Shown: one piece after another, positions 10,601 through 20,921 of the stretch
Position numbering within the stretch: position 1 is the first letter of the stretch
Layout of the letters: each line of letters begins with the position of its first letter
Assembly: GCA_965233865.1 (NCBI GenBank)
Contig: OZ247587.1
Location: forward strand, 1,056,001-1,120,000
Direction of reading: 5' to 3'
DNA from: Candidatus Neptunichlamydia sp.
GTDB lineage: Bacteria; Chlamydiota; Chlamydiia; Chlamydiales; Simkaniaceae
DNA: 64,000 nt
The notes under the pieces: model-generated
The model's input: the letters and a program-made list of their open reading frames with translations, nothing else
What the model was told of the DNA's origin: nothing
The model's database searches: none
Position numbers and translations under genes: made by a program

Positions 10601-11344
10601 CTAGTTGAGTTCCCACTTTTTGAGGAGATTTTCGAGTTTTCCTTTGGAGCGCAGTTTATCGAGGCCTCGATTGAAGACTTCGAGCAACTCGGCATTATCT
10701 CCATTGAGAGTAAGGAGGCGGATCCCCGCATCATTGAGCGGAGGGGTTGCAATCTTGACCTTTCCAAAATACAGATCACGGACATAGCTTGTTGCTTGAA
10801 CATAGTTTACTAAAATCCCATCATATATTCCCGCAATCACATCATCAAGTCCATCTGGAATCGAATAGTAGTGTTGAACGATAACGCCTGGGAAGCGTTC
10901 GAGAAGAACTGTTTCACTTGAAAGCGTATCAACAGCAATTTCCTTGCCGTTCATTTGACCAAGAGCGCTGACTTTCATCCCATCTTTAATAATAAGAACA
11001 GGCCCAACATGAAGAATAGGATCAGAAAAAGTATAGGTTTTTTCAAGAAACATTCTGGGTGTCATAGAGGAAAGCATCCCGTCGTAGCGTTTTTCTTTCA
11101 ACCCAAAGATCAGGTTGTCCCAGCTCATTGTAACGCGCTCAAAAAAGACCCCCTCTTCTCTCCCAATCGCAACCAAGAGTTCATTTGCAAAGGCATAGAC
11201 ATTGGCTTCTTTTCCCTGAAGATTTATCGGATACCAGCTTGGATCCATCCCTACCCGGTAAGTTTTACCTCCCGCCCCGCATGCCCCAAGCAGAAATACA
11301 AGAGGTAAAAGTAGAGCCACTCTACGGAAAAATCGAACTTTCAT
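10601..11344 (-). CDS. Amino-acid ABC transporter substrate-binding lipoprotein (family 3)
   Basis: Lipobox LLGAC; YRVGMDPSWYP, WDNLIFGL, YTFSDP. Confidence 0.85.
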   Translation of the reverse strand: MKVRFFRRVALLLPLVFLLGACGAGGKTYRVGMDPSWYPINLQGKEANVYAFANELLVAIGREEGVFFERVTMSWDNLIFGLKEKRYDGMLSSMTPRMFLEKTYTFSDPILHVGPVLIIKDGMKVSALGQMNGKEIAVDTLSSETVLLERFPGVIVQHYYSIPDGLDDVIAGIYDGILVNYVQATSYVRDLYFGKVKIATPPLNDAGIRLLTLNGDNAELLEVFNRGLDKLRSKGKLENLLKKWELN

Positions 11345-11975
11345 CCATACACCTAAATAACTTTATCTTCATCTTAGTAGAAACGATGCATTTGTTCAAA
11401 CTCAAATGACGACCTAGGAACCTGCTCAAAAACATCATTTTTTAAAAAGTCTGAAACCACTCCCTAATATAATTTGAAAACCTACTCTAACATTCTTATT
11501 TCCAAATAGTTAAACATCTCATCATCAAGACATAGAGAATAATTGTTAAATAAATAGAGAGTAAACTGGTTGGCAAAAACTGGAGAACTGAATGATGTGG
11601 TCTATCCAAGGATTTTTGTTTCCCCGAGAATTTCCCAAAATTAATTTACAAATAGCTTTTTGTATTATGTGTGAGGCAAAAATAATCCATATAGTAAGCA
11701 GATTTTTCTTGAACATCCAGAAAATGAGTTATTCGTAGCATCTAGAACCAGACATATAAGAGCTCTTTAAACACGGATATTACTCCTTGCCGTGGTAGTT
11801 ATAGTATCCACATGAACTTTCTTGGTTCCCTAACTAAGGATTGGAGCAATTAACATATTCATAGCTGCCCCAAGGCTACAAGAAATTGCCAGTAGATCTT
11901 TCCTTAAATAAATTATTTTTTAATTCAAGGGTCAGATAAGATCCACTCATGCGTCTCAACTTGGAGGTTCTTTAG

Positions 11976-12416
11976 ATGAAAAAAGTATGTTTAGTTCTAC
12001 TCTTAGGAGTTAGCCTTGGAGGATATTCTAAAACTGTGTCAACTTATAAAAACTGTGATAAAACCTATATTACACCGTTTCATGTAAGGCTACACGGCAA
12101 TAAAATTGAGATAGAAAATAGTGAGGAAATTTTTCAAACCTCTGCAGTTTTTTCAGATGATTCAGGACTCTATTATACAAATTATCTAAAGACAGAAGAA
12201 GTGGCAGAAGTGGAGGAGTCTACTGCTGTCGATTTAAGCCCACTGCTAAATGAAGATCACTTCACGACCGATGCACAACTCGAGCCTCTCAAAGAGGTTG
12301 AGATTGAGGCTAAAGCTCCAACAACCGTAGCAGATCCGCAACCACAAAAATCTGTTTCTTCCACAAGCGAGCAAAAACAGGTGAAAAATTGGCCCTATAA
12401 TACCAAGCGCCATTGA
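11976..12416 (+). CDS. Secreted hypothetical protein with acidic low-complexity C-terminus
   Basis: RBS GGAGG, signal-peptide-like N-terminus, 146 aa. Confidence 0.7.
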   Translation: MKKVCLVLLLGVSLGGYSKTVSTYKNCDKTYITPFHVRLHGNKIEIENSEEIFQTSAVFSDDSGLYYTNYLKTEEVAEVEESTAVDLSPLLNEDHFTTDAQLEPLKEVEIEAKAPTTVADPQPQKSVSSTSEQKQVKNWPYNTKRH

Positions 12417-12445
12417 TAGTGTAAGAATAAATAGTCAACTTATCT

Positions 12446-14548
12446 TTAGCGAGCCCTTAGCAACCGAAGGCCATTGAAGACAACGACAAGGGCAGCTCCC
12501 GTGTCGGCGGCAATGGCCATCCAAAGAGAGGCTAGGCCCACAATTGCAAGGACCAAAAATATCGACTTCATTGCTAGGGCAAAGATGATGTTTTGTTGGA
12601 TCGTGCGTACTGAGCGCCGCGAATGGTGAATGAGCCAAGGGACACGCGACAAATCGTCAGACATAAGAACGATATCGGATGTTTCGATTGCAGCGTCTGT
12701 TCCCATAGATCCCATAGAGATCCCAAAACTGGCAGCAGCCATTGCTGGAGCATCGTTAATTCCATCACCAATCATTGCCACGGTTTCCCATTTCTTCTTT
12801 AAATGCTCGACCGATTCAACTTTGTCTTCTGGGAGAAGTTCAGATTGCACTTCATCTACACCTGTTAACTGAGCAATCGCTTCTGCCGCAGGTTTATTAT
12901 CGCCAGTAAGCATCACAATCTTCTCCACTCCAGCCTCTTTAACCTGCTGAATCACTTGTCTAACTTGAGCACGAGGCTCATCAGCAACACTGATTAAACC
13001 GCAAATATGCCTCTCATTTCCTATTGCAATAATAGAATGCCCTGCATCTTCTAGTTCAAGAGCCATTTCGTGAATTTCAGGAGTCTCTTGCTTCATCTCA
13101 TGCATAAACCGATGACTCCCGATCCAGTAACGGGTCCCTTCAAATGTTCCTTCCGCTCCCTTTCCTTGTGTAATTTGAAAGTCTTCTGCGCGCTTGACTT
13201 GAACATTCTTTTTCTTTGCATAATTTAAGATCGCCTGAGCAATAGGATGTTCACTAGGAGCTTCCAAAGCTGCAGCTCGCACCAAAAGTTCTTCTTCGGT
13301 ATGCCCATTAAGAGGAATCACTCGATGGACTTCGGGACGCCCATAAGTTAGCGTTCCTGTCTTATCTAGAGCAAGAGCACGAAGTTTGCTAGGCATCTCT
13401 AAAAACATCCCCCCCTTGATTAGAACTCCTTTCCTTGCTGCAGCTGTCATTCCAGAGACGATGCTCACAGGAGTAGAAATGACAAGAGCACAGGGACAAG
13501 CAATGACCAAAATTACAAGGGCGCGGTAAAACCAGATATCCCATCCGCTTCCAAACAAAAGTGGCGGAACAATCGCAACTAAGATGGCAATGCCAATCAT
13601 GATCGGCGTGTAGGTTTTTGCAAATTTCTCGACCCATTGCTGCGAACTTGCTCGCTTTGACTGAGCCTCTTCAACTAAATGAATGATGCGCGCAAGGGTG
13701 GTGTCATTTGCTCCTTTCGTCACCTGACATTCAAATGCTCCGTCTTCATTCAATGTCCCCGCAAAAACTTCGTCCCCCTCTTTCTTTTGAATCGGAATCG
13801 ATTCCCCTGTAATCGGTGATTGGTTAATTGAAGTCGCCCCTTCCTTAATAACTCCATCAAGAGGAACTTTTTCTCCTGGACGTACTAAAATCCTATCTCC
13901 AACTTGAACCTCTTCGACCGTTGTATCCCCCTTATCAATTACATGGGCAATTGTTGGAGATAAATCTATTAAGGCTGAAACGGCTTTACGTGCCCGCTCC
14001 ACACTCCAATGCTCAAGTAAAATGGCTACGGAAAATAAAAATGCAACAGTTGCCCCTTCGAACCACTCATTGATCGCAATCGCTCCAGCCATTGCAATAA
14101 GCATCAAAAAGTTCATATCTGGTTGAAAATTTTTAAGCGCAATATAGGCCTTAGGAATCACAAAATAGGCGCCAAAAGCCATCGCCATAAAGTACAAACG
14201 ATCTGCAACTGGATTTTCTTTTAGGTGAAAATAGACAGCAAAGACCAAAAAGGTTCCACTGATGATTGTTGTGAAAAATCTTTTATAACGACTCCAAAAC
14301 ATCGCCTCTTCAAGCTTTTCTCTTTCTTTCCATAAGACGGCTTTCAACCCTCCGTCCAAAGTCCATTGAATGATCTGATCCGCGCCTACATTCTCGCAAG
14401 TGACAATCATCTTAGCATTCAAAACATCAAAATTCAGATCAGTGATCCCCTCCTGTTTTGCAAGGGCTTTTTTTAATATGGCAACTTCTTCTGCGCAGTC
14501 AAGACCAATAACTTTAAATTCAAGCCTCATGATTTTTATTTTATCCAT
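12446..14548 (-). CDS. Heavy-metal P1B-type ATPase (ZntA/CadA-like)
   Basis: N-terminal GLDCAEE HMA-like motif, TGES, CPC, DKTGT, SEHP, GDGINDAP; true start may be ATG 14530. Confidence 0.95.
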   Translation of the reverse strand: MDKIKIMRLEFKVIGLDCAEEVAILKKALAKQEGITDLNFDVLNAKMIVTCENVGADQIIQWTLDGGLKAVLWKEREKLEEAMFWSRYKRFFTTIISGTFLVFAVYFHLKENPVADRLYFMAMAFGAYFVIPKAYIALKNFQPDMNFLMLIAMAGAIAINEWFEGATVAFLFSVAILLEHWSVERARKAVSALIDLSPTIAHVIDKGDTTVEEVQVGDRILVRPGEKVPLDGVIKEGATSINQSPITGESIPIQKKEGDEVFAGTLNEDGAFECQVTKGANDTTLARIIHLVEEAQSKRASSQQWVEKFAKTYTPIMIGIAILVAIVPPLLFGSGWDIWFYRALVILVIACPCALVISTPVSIVSGMTAAARKGVLIKGGMFLEMPSKLRALALDKTGTLTYGRPEVHRVIPLNGHTEEELLVRAAALEAPSEHPIAQAILNYAKKKNVQVKRAEDFQITQGKGAEGTFEGTRYWIGSHRFMHEMKQETPEIHEMALELEDAGHSIIAIGNERHICGLISVADEPRAQVRQVIQQVKEAGVEKIVMLTGDNKPAAEAIAQLTGVDEVQSELLPEDKVESVEHLKKKWETVAMIGDGINDAPAMAAASFGISMGSMGTDAAIETSDIVLMSDDLSRVPWLIHHSRRSVRTIQQNIIFALAMKSIFLVLAIVGLASLWMAIAADTGAALVVVFNGLRLLRAR

Positions 14549-14560
14549 CGATGATTTATA

Positions 14561-15598
14561 ATGCCAGCCATGAAGAACATTTTGATTAAGCTCCTTCTCA
14601 CTCTAGCCCCAAAGAGAAGAAACCAACAGAATGGCGTACCCCGAATCCTTGTTGTTTCAACGACCGGAGTAGGCGATTCCCTCTGGGGATCCCCTGCAAT
14701 CCGTGCTCTGAGAAAAAAGCATCCTTGTGGGTATATCGCACTCCTAACAAGCCCTATTGGAAAACAACTTTTCCAAAATAATCCCTATCTCGATGAGATC
14801 TTCACACTTAAAAATCCCGCGCTCTTCTCTTCTATGAAACTTTTGGGAACCTTCAGGAAAAAAGTATTTGATACTGCCCTTATTTTTCACCTCTCGCAAC
14901 GTCCGACTCTTCCCTTAGTTTCCCTTGCTGGGCCTTCAAAAATTGTGGGGACTCAAGGAATTAACAAAGGGCTTGATCATCTTTTAACCGATCCCATCAA
15001 GCAGTCCCCTATTCACGAGATCCAGCGCCGCTTAAATATTGCTAGCTGCGAGGACTCCTCTCCAGAAATGGAAATTTTCTTGACTGAGGATGAAAACGAG
15101 GCTGCTTTAAGATACCTTCCAAACACGCACCTTATTATTGGAATGCACCCTGGAAGTAAAGACAAGTATAAACAATGGGACCCCAAGCATTTTGTTGAGC
15201 TCGGAAGAAAGCTTGCAAAAGAAAAAGGAGCCACCCTCATGATTACCGGAGACAAGGGAGAAAGCCCTCTAGCAGAGCAAATTGCCAGCAGCATTCCAGG
15301 AGCCATCTCTGTCTCTGGGAAACTCCCCGTTCGCGTCACTGCAGCCCTCATCGAAAAGTTCGATCTCTTTGTTACCAATGACACAGGTCCCATGCACATT
15401 GCCTTTGCAATGGGAACCCCTACCCTTGCAATCTTCTCACCCACTGATCCAAATCTCTGCGGCCCCTACCAAATCTCTCATGGAGGCGTCTTTCAAAAAC
15501 CCAGAACTTGCACTCCCTGTATTCGAAAAAAGTGTCGCTCTCCCTTCTGCATGGAACAAATTTCTCCTGACGAGGTTTATGAACGCATCCACATCTAA
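14561..15598 (+). CDS. Glycosyltransferase family 9 (heptosyltransferase-like)
   Basis: GVGDSLW, HPGS..KQW, TNDTGPMHIA, C-terminal CxPCxxxxC. Confidence 0.92.
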   Translation: MPAMKNILIKLLLTLAPKRRNQQNGVPRILVVSTTGVGDSLWGSPAIRALRKKHPCGYIALLTSPIGKQLFQNNPYLDEIFTLKNPALFSSMKLLGTFRKKVFDTALIFHLSQRPTLPLVSLAGPSKIVGTQGINKGLDHLLTDPIKQSPIHEIQRRLNIASCEDSSPEMEIFLTEDENEAALRYLPNTHLIIGMHPGSKDKYKQWDPKHFVELGRKLAKEKGATLMITGDKGESPLAEQIASSIPGAISVSGKLPVRVTAALIEKFDLFVTNDTGPMHIAFAMGTPTLAIFSPTDPNLCGPYQISHGGVFQKPRTCTPCIRKKCRSPFCMEQISPDEVYERIHI

Positions 15599-15735
15599 GC
15601 GCCTCCCCCTCTTAGAAGCAGGGATTTCTAATGTTCTCAAAACTAAAGCAGTGCAAACATTCACCGATCTCCAAACCCTCGAATTTGAAACCTCTTGCGT
15701 TGAAATAAGTAGGTGATTCAGATATGCTCTAAGGT

Positions 15736-16674
15736 ATGAAAATCTATGTCATCATTCTGAATTGGAATGGAAAAGTGGATACCCTTCAGTGCCTACGAAG
15801 CCTGGAAGAGGTGCCGACTCCTCACAAAGTCGTCGTTGTTGACAATGGTTCGTCTGACGGATCAGCAGTAGCCTTTTTAGCAGCATTTCCTAAGGTGCAC
15901 ATCATTGAAACAAGAGAAAACCTCGGCTATGCTGAAGGAAATAATGTAGGAATTCGCTACTCTCTTAAAAAGCAGGCAGATTACATCTTCGTTCTGAATA
16001 ATGACACTGTTGTCACAAAAGACATCCTTGAAAAGTTTTTAATACGCGATGTTCCTATTCAAGGAGGAAAAGCCCTTCTGAAGGATGATCCATGTAAAAT
16101 TGACCACTTAGGGGGCAGGTGGAATGTGAAAGAAGGGGTTTTCGAGCTTGTAGGAGCTAATGCTCTAGCAAGTGAATGGACAAATCCTATTTTCTTAGAT
16201 TACGTTTGCGGAGTTGCTATTTTTGCTAAAGCAGAAGTCTTTAAAAAAGTGGGTCTTTTTGATCCGCGGTTTTTTCTTTTTTGGGAAGAATCTGATTGGT
16301 GCTTTCGTGCAAAAAAACTAGGCTTTGCAGCACAAGCGTGCCCTGAAGCCATTCTATTCCATAAAAAATCGGCTTCCTTTTCAGGAGGAACGCCTCATAC
16401 TTGTTATTTTTGGTGGCGCAATCGTCTCCTTTGGATTGAAAAAAACTGCTCTTTAGAAAAGCAAAAATATCTTAAGAAAACGATCCTTAAAGAAAGCCTT
16501 CATATATTTAAGCTTCTACTTCTTAAATACCTTCAGTTTCCCTTCTCGAAAAAAACATATGTCAGGCGCCTTCGCCTCCGCTTTTACCGCGCGCTTCTTG
16601 CTGGAGTACGTGATTACTACCTCCGCCGTTTCGGAAACTGCCCAGAATGGGTCATCCAAGGAATTAAAGAATGA
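15736..16674 (+). CDS. Glycosyltransferase family 2 (rhamnosyltransferase-like)
   Basis: VIILNWN, VVDNGSSDGS, NLGYAEGNNVG, LNNDT, FFLFWEESDWC. Confidence 0.92.
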   Translation: MKIYVIILNWNGKVDTLQCLRSLEEVPTPHKVVVVDNGSSDGSAVAFLAAFPKVHIIETRENLGYAEGNNVGIRYSLKKQADYIFVLNNDTVVTKDILEKFLIRDVPIQGGKALLKDDPCKIDHLGGRWNVKEGVFELVGANALASEWTNPIFLDYVCGVAIFAKAEVFKKVGLFDPRFFLFWEESDWCFRAKKLGFAAQACPEAILFHKKSASFSGGTPHTCYFWWRNRLLWIEKNCSLEKQKYLKKTILKESLHIFKLLLLKYLQFPFSKKTYVRRLRLRFYRALLAGVRDYYLRRFGNCPEWVIQGIKE

Positions 16675-16805
16675 CCGCCCATATTATTAATGTTGCTTGG
16701 GGAGAAGCGTATGATGAAACCATTTTCCTTTTATCTTGCCAAACCCACTCAATCCCCTTTTCGTAAAAGGACCATACCTTTATATAGAGAATAGGGGGGA
16801 GTCAA

Positions 16806-17891
16806 ATGGACGTTGTCTTTGTTCTCAATTGTGGGAGCTCATCGATCAAATTTCAACTCATTGAGCCAGAGTCAGGTGATGTTCATCTAAAAGGGCTTGC
16901 CGAGAACTTAAATACTTCACGTGCAATGCTAAAATGGTCCAATGGGTCAAAGGACTTGGAAAAGGGAGACTATGACGATGCTTTGGGAGAAATCCTTCAT
17001 CTTCTGGGAAATGAGCAGCTCTTAGGCATAGGGCACCGAGTCGTTCATGGCGGAGAGTTTTTCAAAACATCAGTCAAAATTGATGATGATGTGCTCAGTA
17101 ACATCAAAGAATGTAACCACTTAGCTCCTTTGCATAACCCCGCAGCTGCACTCGGAATCGAAATCATGGGAAAGGAATTTCCCATGATCTCCCAAGTTGC
17201 CGTCTTTGATACTTCTTTCCATCAATCAATGCCGCAAGTGTCCTATCTCTATGCTCTCCCCTATGAATACTACGAAACATTCCAGATCCGCAGATATGGA
17301 TTTCATGGAACAAGCCATCGCTATGTTGCCCAAAAAGGAGCGGATGAAATCGGCAAGCCCTTAAAAGAAACTTCTTTCATTAGCTGCCACCTTGGAAATG
17401 GTTGCAGCATTGCTGCGGTCAAAGGGGGGGTGAGCCTCGATACTAGCATGGGGCTCACTCCCCTAGAAGGCCTTGTTATGGGGCAACGATGTGGCGATCT
17501 CGATCCGAGCATTGTAGGATTTTTAGCAGAAAAACTGCAGGTAAACAGCGAGAGTGTGATTTCAGTTCTCAATCAAAAAAGTGGGCTTCTCGGCATTTCA
17601 GGCATCAGTGGAGATATGAGGCTTTTGACTGAAAGTACGGATCCTAGAGCAAAGCTTGCCATCGAGATTTTTTGTTACCGCCTGGCAAAATATATTGCAT
17701 CTTACCTTGTTCCTCTACAACAGGTTGATAGCGTGATTTTTACTGGAGGGATCGGAGAAAATGCTTCAGGAATTCGAAATCAAGTTATGGCACATCTTAA
17801 CTCTTTCAATTTAAAAGCGCTTGTCATCCCTACAAATGAAGAACTAATGATTGCACGTGACACCGCAGTCATTGCGAGAGGAAAGTCATGA
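16806..17891 (+). CDS. ackA: Acetate kinase
   Basis: VLNCGSSSIK, GHRVVHGG, APLHNP, YGFHGTSH, FTGGIGEN, IPTNEE. Confidence 0.98.
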   Translation: MDVVFVLNCGSSSIKFQLIEPESGDVHLKGLAENLNTSRAMLKWSNGSKDLEKGDYDDALGEILHLLGNEQLLGIGHRVVHGGEFFKTSVKIDDDVLSNIKECNHLAPLHNPAAALGIEIMGKEFPMISQVAVFDTSFHQSMPQVSYLYALPYEYYETFQIRRYGFHGTSHRYVAQKGADEIGKPLKETSFISCHLGNGCSIAAVKGGVSLDTSMGLTPLEGLVMGQRCGDLDPSIVGFLAEKLQVNSESVISVLNQKSGLLGISGISGDMRLLTESTDPRAKLAIEIFCYRLAKYIASYLVPLQQVDSVIFTGGIGENASGIRNQVMAHLNSFNLKALVIPTNEELMIARDTAVIARGKS

Positions 17892-19936
17892 AACATACAA
17901 TTTTGATGGTCCCTATTGGTTTAGGTGTTGGATTGACAACTATTTCGATAGGATTAATCCATGCTTTAGAAAGTCAGGGCCTTTCTGTAAATTATCTAAA
18001 CCCCTTCGGCAATCAGCCCGATTTTGGCTTCAACAAGATAGAAAACCTCCTTAGCACAGGGCAAGAAGACCTCATCTTAGAAACGATTATCGGGCAAGTT
18101 GAGCAAAAATCAGAGAAAGATGGAATATTAATCCTCCAAGGAATCATCTCAACTCAGCTCCGCCCCTATGCCCCAAGCTTGAACAACGCCATTGCAAAAG
18201 CTCTCGATGCCGAAGTAGTATTTGTAACAACACCCGGAGGAAAATCTCCTTTAGAACTGAAAGAACAAATTATCATTGAAGCAAAACCCTACGGGGGGCT
18301 TGGAAATCCTCGAACCATTGGATGTATGATTAACAAGGTGGGCGCACCAGTCGACCAGTATGGAACCGCACGGATTGATCTTTTCGATCTTCCGGAAGAT
18401 CATGCTGAAGAAACTGCGCTATGTCAGATTTTTACCCACCCAGAATTTAAAATCCTTGGGTGCTTTCCCTGGAATCGCCAATTAATGGCTCCTAGGGTTG
18501 AGGACGTTGTTAAATACCTCAATGCAGAGATTGTTTCTGAGGGAAACATGAAATCCCATCGCGTCAATTTTTTTGCAATTGCTGCAGCAACAATCGACCA
18601 TGTGGAAAATGTGCTAAAGCCCGATGTAATGATCATCACTCCCTCCGACCGCTCCGATACCATACTAGCCACATGTATTGCATATCTTAGTGGAATAAAA
18701 ATTGCTGGTCTTCTTCTAAGTGGCGACTACGCTCCCTCTGAAAAAACCATGGAACTCTGCACGCGTGCGATGCAGGAGGGACTCCCTGTCCTTAAAGTAA
18801 AAACCGATACGCTTCGCACTGCGATTTCCCTCCAAAATCTCAATGTAAAAATCCCCAAAAACGACCTTGAAAGAAGAATTGCTCTTAAGGAATATGTTGC
18901 CAGCCATATTGATGCACCTTGGGTAAAAGAACTCCTTGGAGCGCAATCAGAGCGCAGCTTGTCCCCCCCTGCTTTCCGTTATCATCTCATTGAAAAAGCC
19001 AAAAAAGCTCACAAGCAAATTGTCCTCCCTGAAGGAGAGGAACCTCGTATCATCGAAGCTGCTAGTATCTGCGCACAGCGAAAAATCGCGCAGCCCATTC
19101 TTCTAGGAAACCCTGAAAAAATCCAGGATATCGCCAAAAAAAATGGGATTAAACTTACCCCAAATATTCAAATGCTAGATCCAGAGCCTCTAAGAGAAAA
19201 GTATCTCCCTTCTCTAATGGAGCTTCGAAAACATAAGGGGATTACCGAAAAAAATGCACGCGAGGCACTTCAGGAAAATATCGTTTTGGGAACCCTAATG
19301 CTTGCTAAGGGAGGCGTGGATGGCCTTGTTGCTGGAACAATTCATACCACCGCTCACACTATCCGCCCCGCACTTATGCTTATCAAAACAAAACCTGACA
19401 TTCCTAGAGTCTCCTCGATCTTTTTTATGTGTTTGCCGAAACAAGTGTTAGTATACGGTGACTGTGCTGTAAATCAAAACCCTACTTCAGCAGAACTTGC
19501 CGATATAGCCATTCAATGTGCTGACTCTGCAGAGCAGTTTGGAATTCCTCCGCGCGTCGCGATGATTAGTTATTCTACTGGGGCCTCTGGTACGGGTGCT
19601 GATGTCGCTAAAGTAAAAGAAGCCACAGAGTTGATACAACAAAAACGCCCCGATCTTCCAGTCGATGGTCCATTGCAATATGATGCCGCATATAGCACCG
19701 ATGTAGCTGCAAAAAAAGCACCCAAAAGTCCTGTTGCAGGGAAGGCAACTGTTTATGTTTTCCCTGATCTCAACACAGCAAATACTACCTATAAAGCTGT
19801 GCAACGAAGCGCTAATGTTCTTTCCCTTGGTCCAATGCTCCAAGGACTCAAAAAACCGGTCAACGATCTTTCTCGCGGCGCACTTGTCGACGACATCGTC
19901 TTCACAATTGCAATTACAGCCATCCAATCCACATAA
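17888..19936 (+). CDS. pta: Phosphate acetyltransferase, long form (N-terminal extension with DRTGG-like domain)
   Basis: IVLPEGEEPR, YGDCAVNQNP, DGPLQYDAA, PVNDLSRG; overlaps the ackA stop by 4 nt. Confidence 0.97.
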   Translation: MKHTILMVPIGLGVGLTTISIGLIHALESQGLSVNYLNPFGNQPDFGFNKIENLLSTGQEDLILETIIGQVEQKSEKDGILILQGIISTQLRPYAPSLNNAIAKALDAEVVFVTTPGGKSPLELKEQIIIEAKPYGGLGNPRTIGCMINKVGAPVDQYGTARIDLFDLPEDHAEETALCQIFTHPEFKILGCFPWNRQLMAPRVEDVVKYLNAEIVSEGNMKSHRVNFFAIAAATIDHVENVLKPDVMIITPSDRSDTILATCIAYLSGIKIAGLLLSGDYAPSEKTMELCTRAMQEGLPVLKVKTDTLRTAISLQNLNVKIPKNDLERRIALKEYVASHIDAPWVKELLGAQSERSLSPPAFRYHLIEKAKKAHKQIVLPEGEEPRIIEAASICAQRKIAQPILLGNPEKIQDIAKKNGIKLTPNIQMLDPEPLREKYLPSLMELRKHKGITEKNAREALQENIVLGTLMLAKGGVDGLVAGTIHTTAHTIRPALMLIKTKPDIPRVSSIFFMCLPKQVLVYGDCAVNQNPTSAELADIAIQCADSAEQFGIPPRVAMISYSTGASGTGADVAKVKEATELIQQKRPDLPVDGPLQYDAAYSTDVAAKKAPKSPVAGKATVYVFPDLNTANTTYKAVQRSANVLSLGPMLQGLKKPVNDLSRGALVDDIVFTIAITAIQST

Positions 19937-20000
19937 TCGTTGGTATAAACTTTTGAACCTGATATAGTGCAAAAAAGTAGTACTTTTTAAGTATGGTATC

Positions 20001-20918
20001 ATGAGAAAAATAATACGTTCCGTCCTTCTGCTGAGTTTAATGGGAAGCTTAATTGTCTTGTTTACAGGGTGCGATAGCAATCGAGAAGTTGTAAGCAATG
20101 TTAGCGAAAAAGAAGCAAATATTATCCTTGTGTTACTTGAAAGTAAAGGCATCCCGGCTATGAAACAGGCTGCAGCAACCTCCGGCATTGGAGCAGAAAA
20201 TTCTGTTTCAAAATACGCGATTGTGGTGCCCGGAAAATATTCGATTGAAGCCATTGCCTATCTTAACCAAAACGGTTTCCCTAGAGAAAAAGGGTCGACC
20301 TTGCTCGAGCTTTTTGCAAAACAGGGGCTCATGACTTCTGATAAAGAGGAAACAATTCGGTATCAGGCTGGTCTAGCGCAGCAATTGACAAACACCATTT
20401 TAATGATTGATGGTGTCATTGAAGCTAACGTACAGATTTCCTTCCCTCCTGAAGATACAGGACTTGGGCAGTCAACCGAAAAAAAACAAATCACAGCCGC
20501 TGTTTATGTGAAACATCAAGGGGTCATTGATGATCCCAATATCCATTTAGAAAACAAAATTAAACGTTTAATTTCAGGGAGTGTGACAGGACTTGATATC
20601 AATAACGTCACAGTCGTTTCTGATCGCTCAAGATTTACAGACATCACTCTAGAGCAGATGCCTGAATCCCTTGGGGGGAAACCAGGAGAGTACGTCAGCG
20701 TATGGAATATTGTGATGAGCAAAACCTCTGTAGGCCGGTTCCGTATCCTCTTCTTTATTATTACCTTTATCGCGGTTCTTCTTACCATAGTGCTCGGATG
20801 GATCAGCTGGAAATTTTATCCACAACTTAAAAAGAAGGGTGGGCTAAAAGAGCTCTTTAACCCCATTCCCTTGATTAATACTATCCGTAAAAAGCCTCCT
20901 GGAGAAGGAGGGGTGTAA
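20001..20918 (+). CDS. sctJ: T3SS inner-membrane ring lipoprotein SctJ/CdsJ
   Basis: Lipobox LFTGC, EKEANIILVLL, IDGVIEANV, TAAVYVKH, C-terminal TM helix. Confidence 0.95.
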   Translation: MRKIIRSVLLLSLMGSLIVLFTGCDSNREVVSNVSEKEANIILVLLESKGIPAMKQAAATSGIGAENSVSKYAIVVPGKYSIEAIAYLNQNGFPREKGSTLLELFAKQGLMTSDKEETIRYQAGLAQQLTNTILMIDGVIEANVQISFPPEDTGLGQSTEKKQITAAVYVKHQGVIDDPNIHLENKIKRLISGSVTGLDINNVTVVSDRSRFTDITLEQMPESLGGKPGEYVSVWNIVMSKTSVGRFRILFFIITFIAVLLTIVLGWISWKFYPQLKKKGGLKELFNPIPLINTIRKKPPGEGGV

Positions 20919-20921
20919 TAA

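Noticed and set aside
11410..11940. 530-nt AT-rich gap with an IS-end-like start (CTAGGAACCTGCTCAAAA)
   Set aside because: No partner TIR, recognisable peptide or RNA structure found; probably decayed DNA
19487..20254. 255-aa minus-strand ORF spanning pta and sctJ
   Set aside because: Antisense shadow of two well-supported genes, with no motifs
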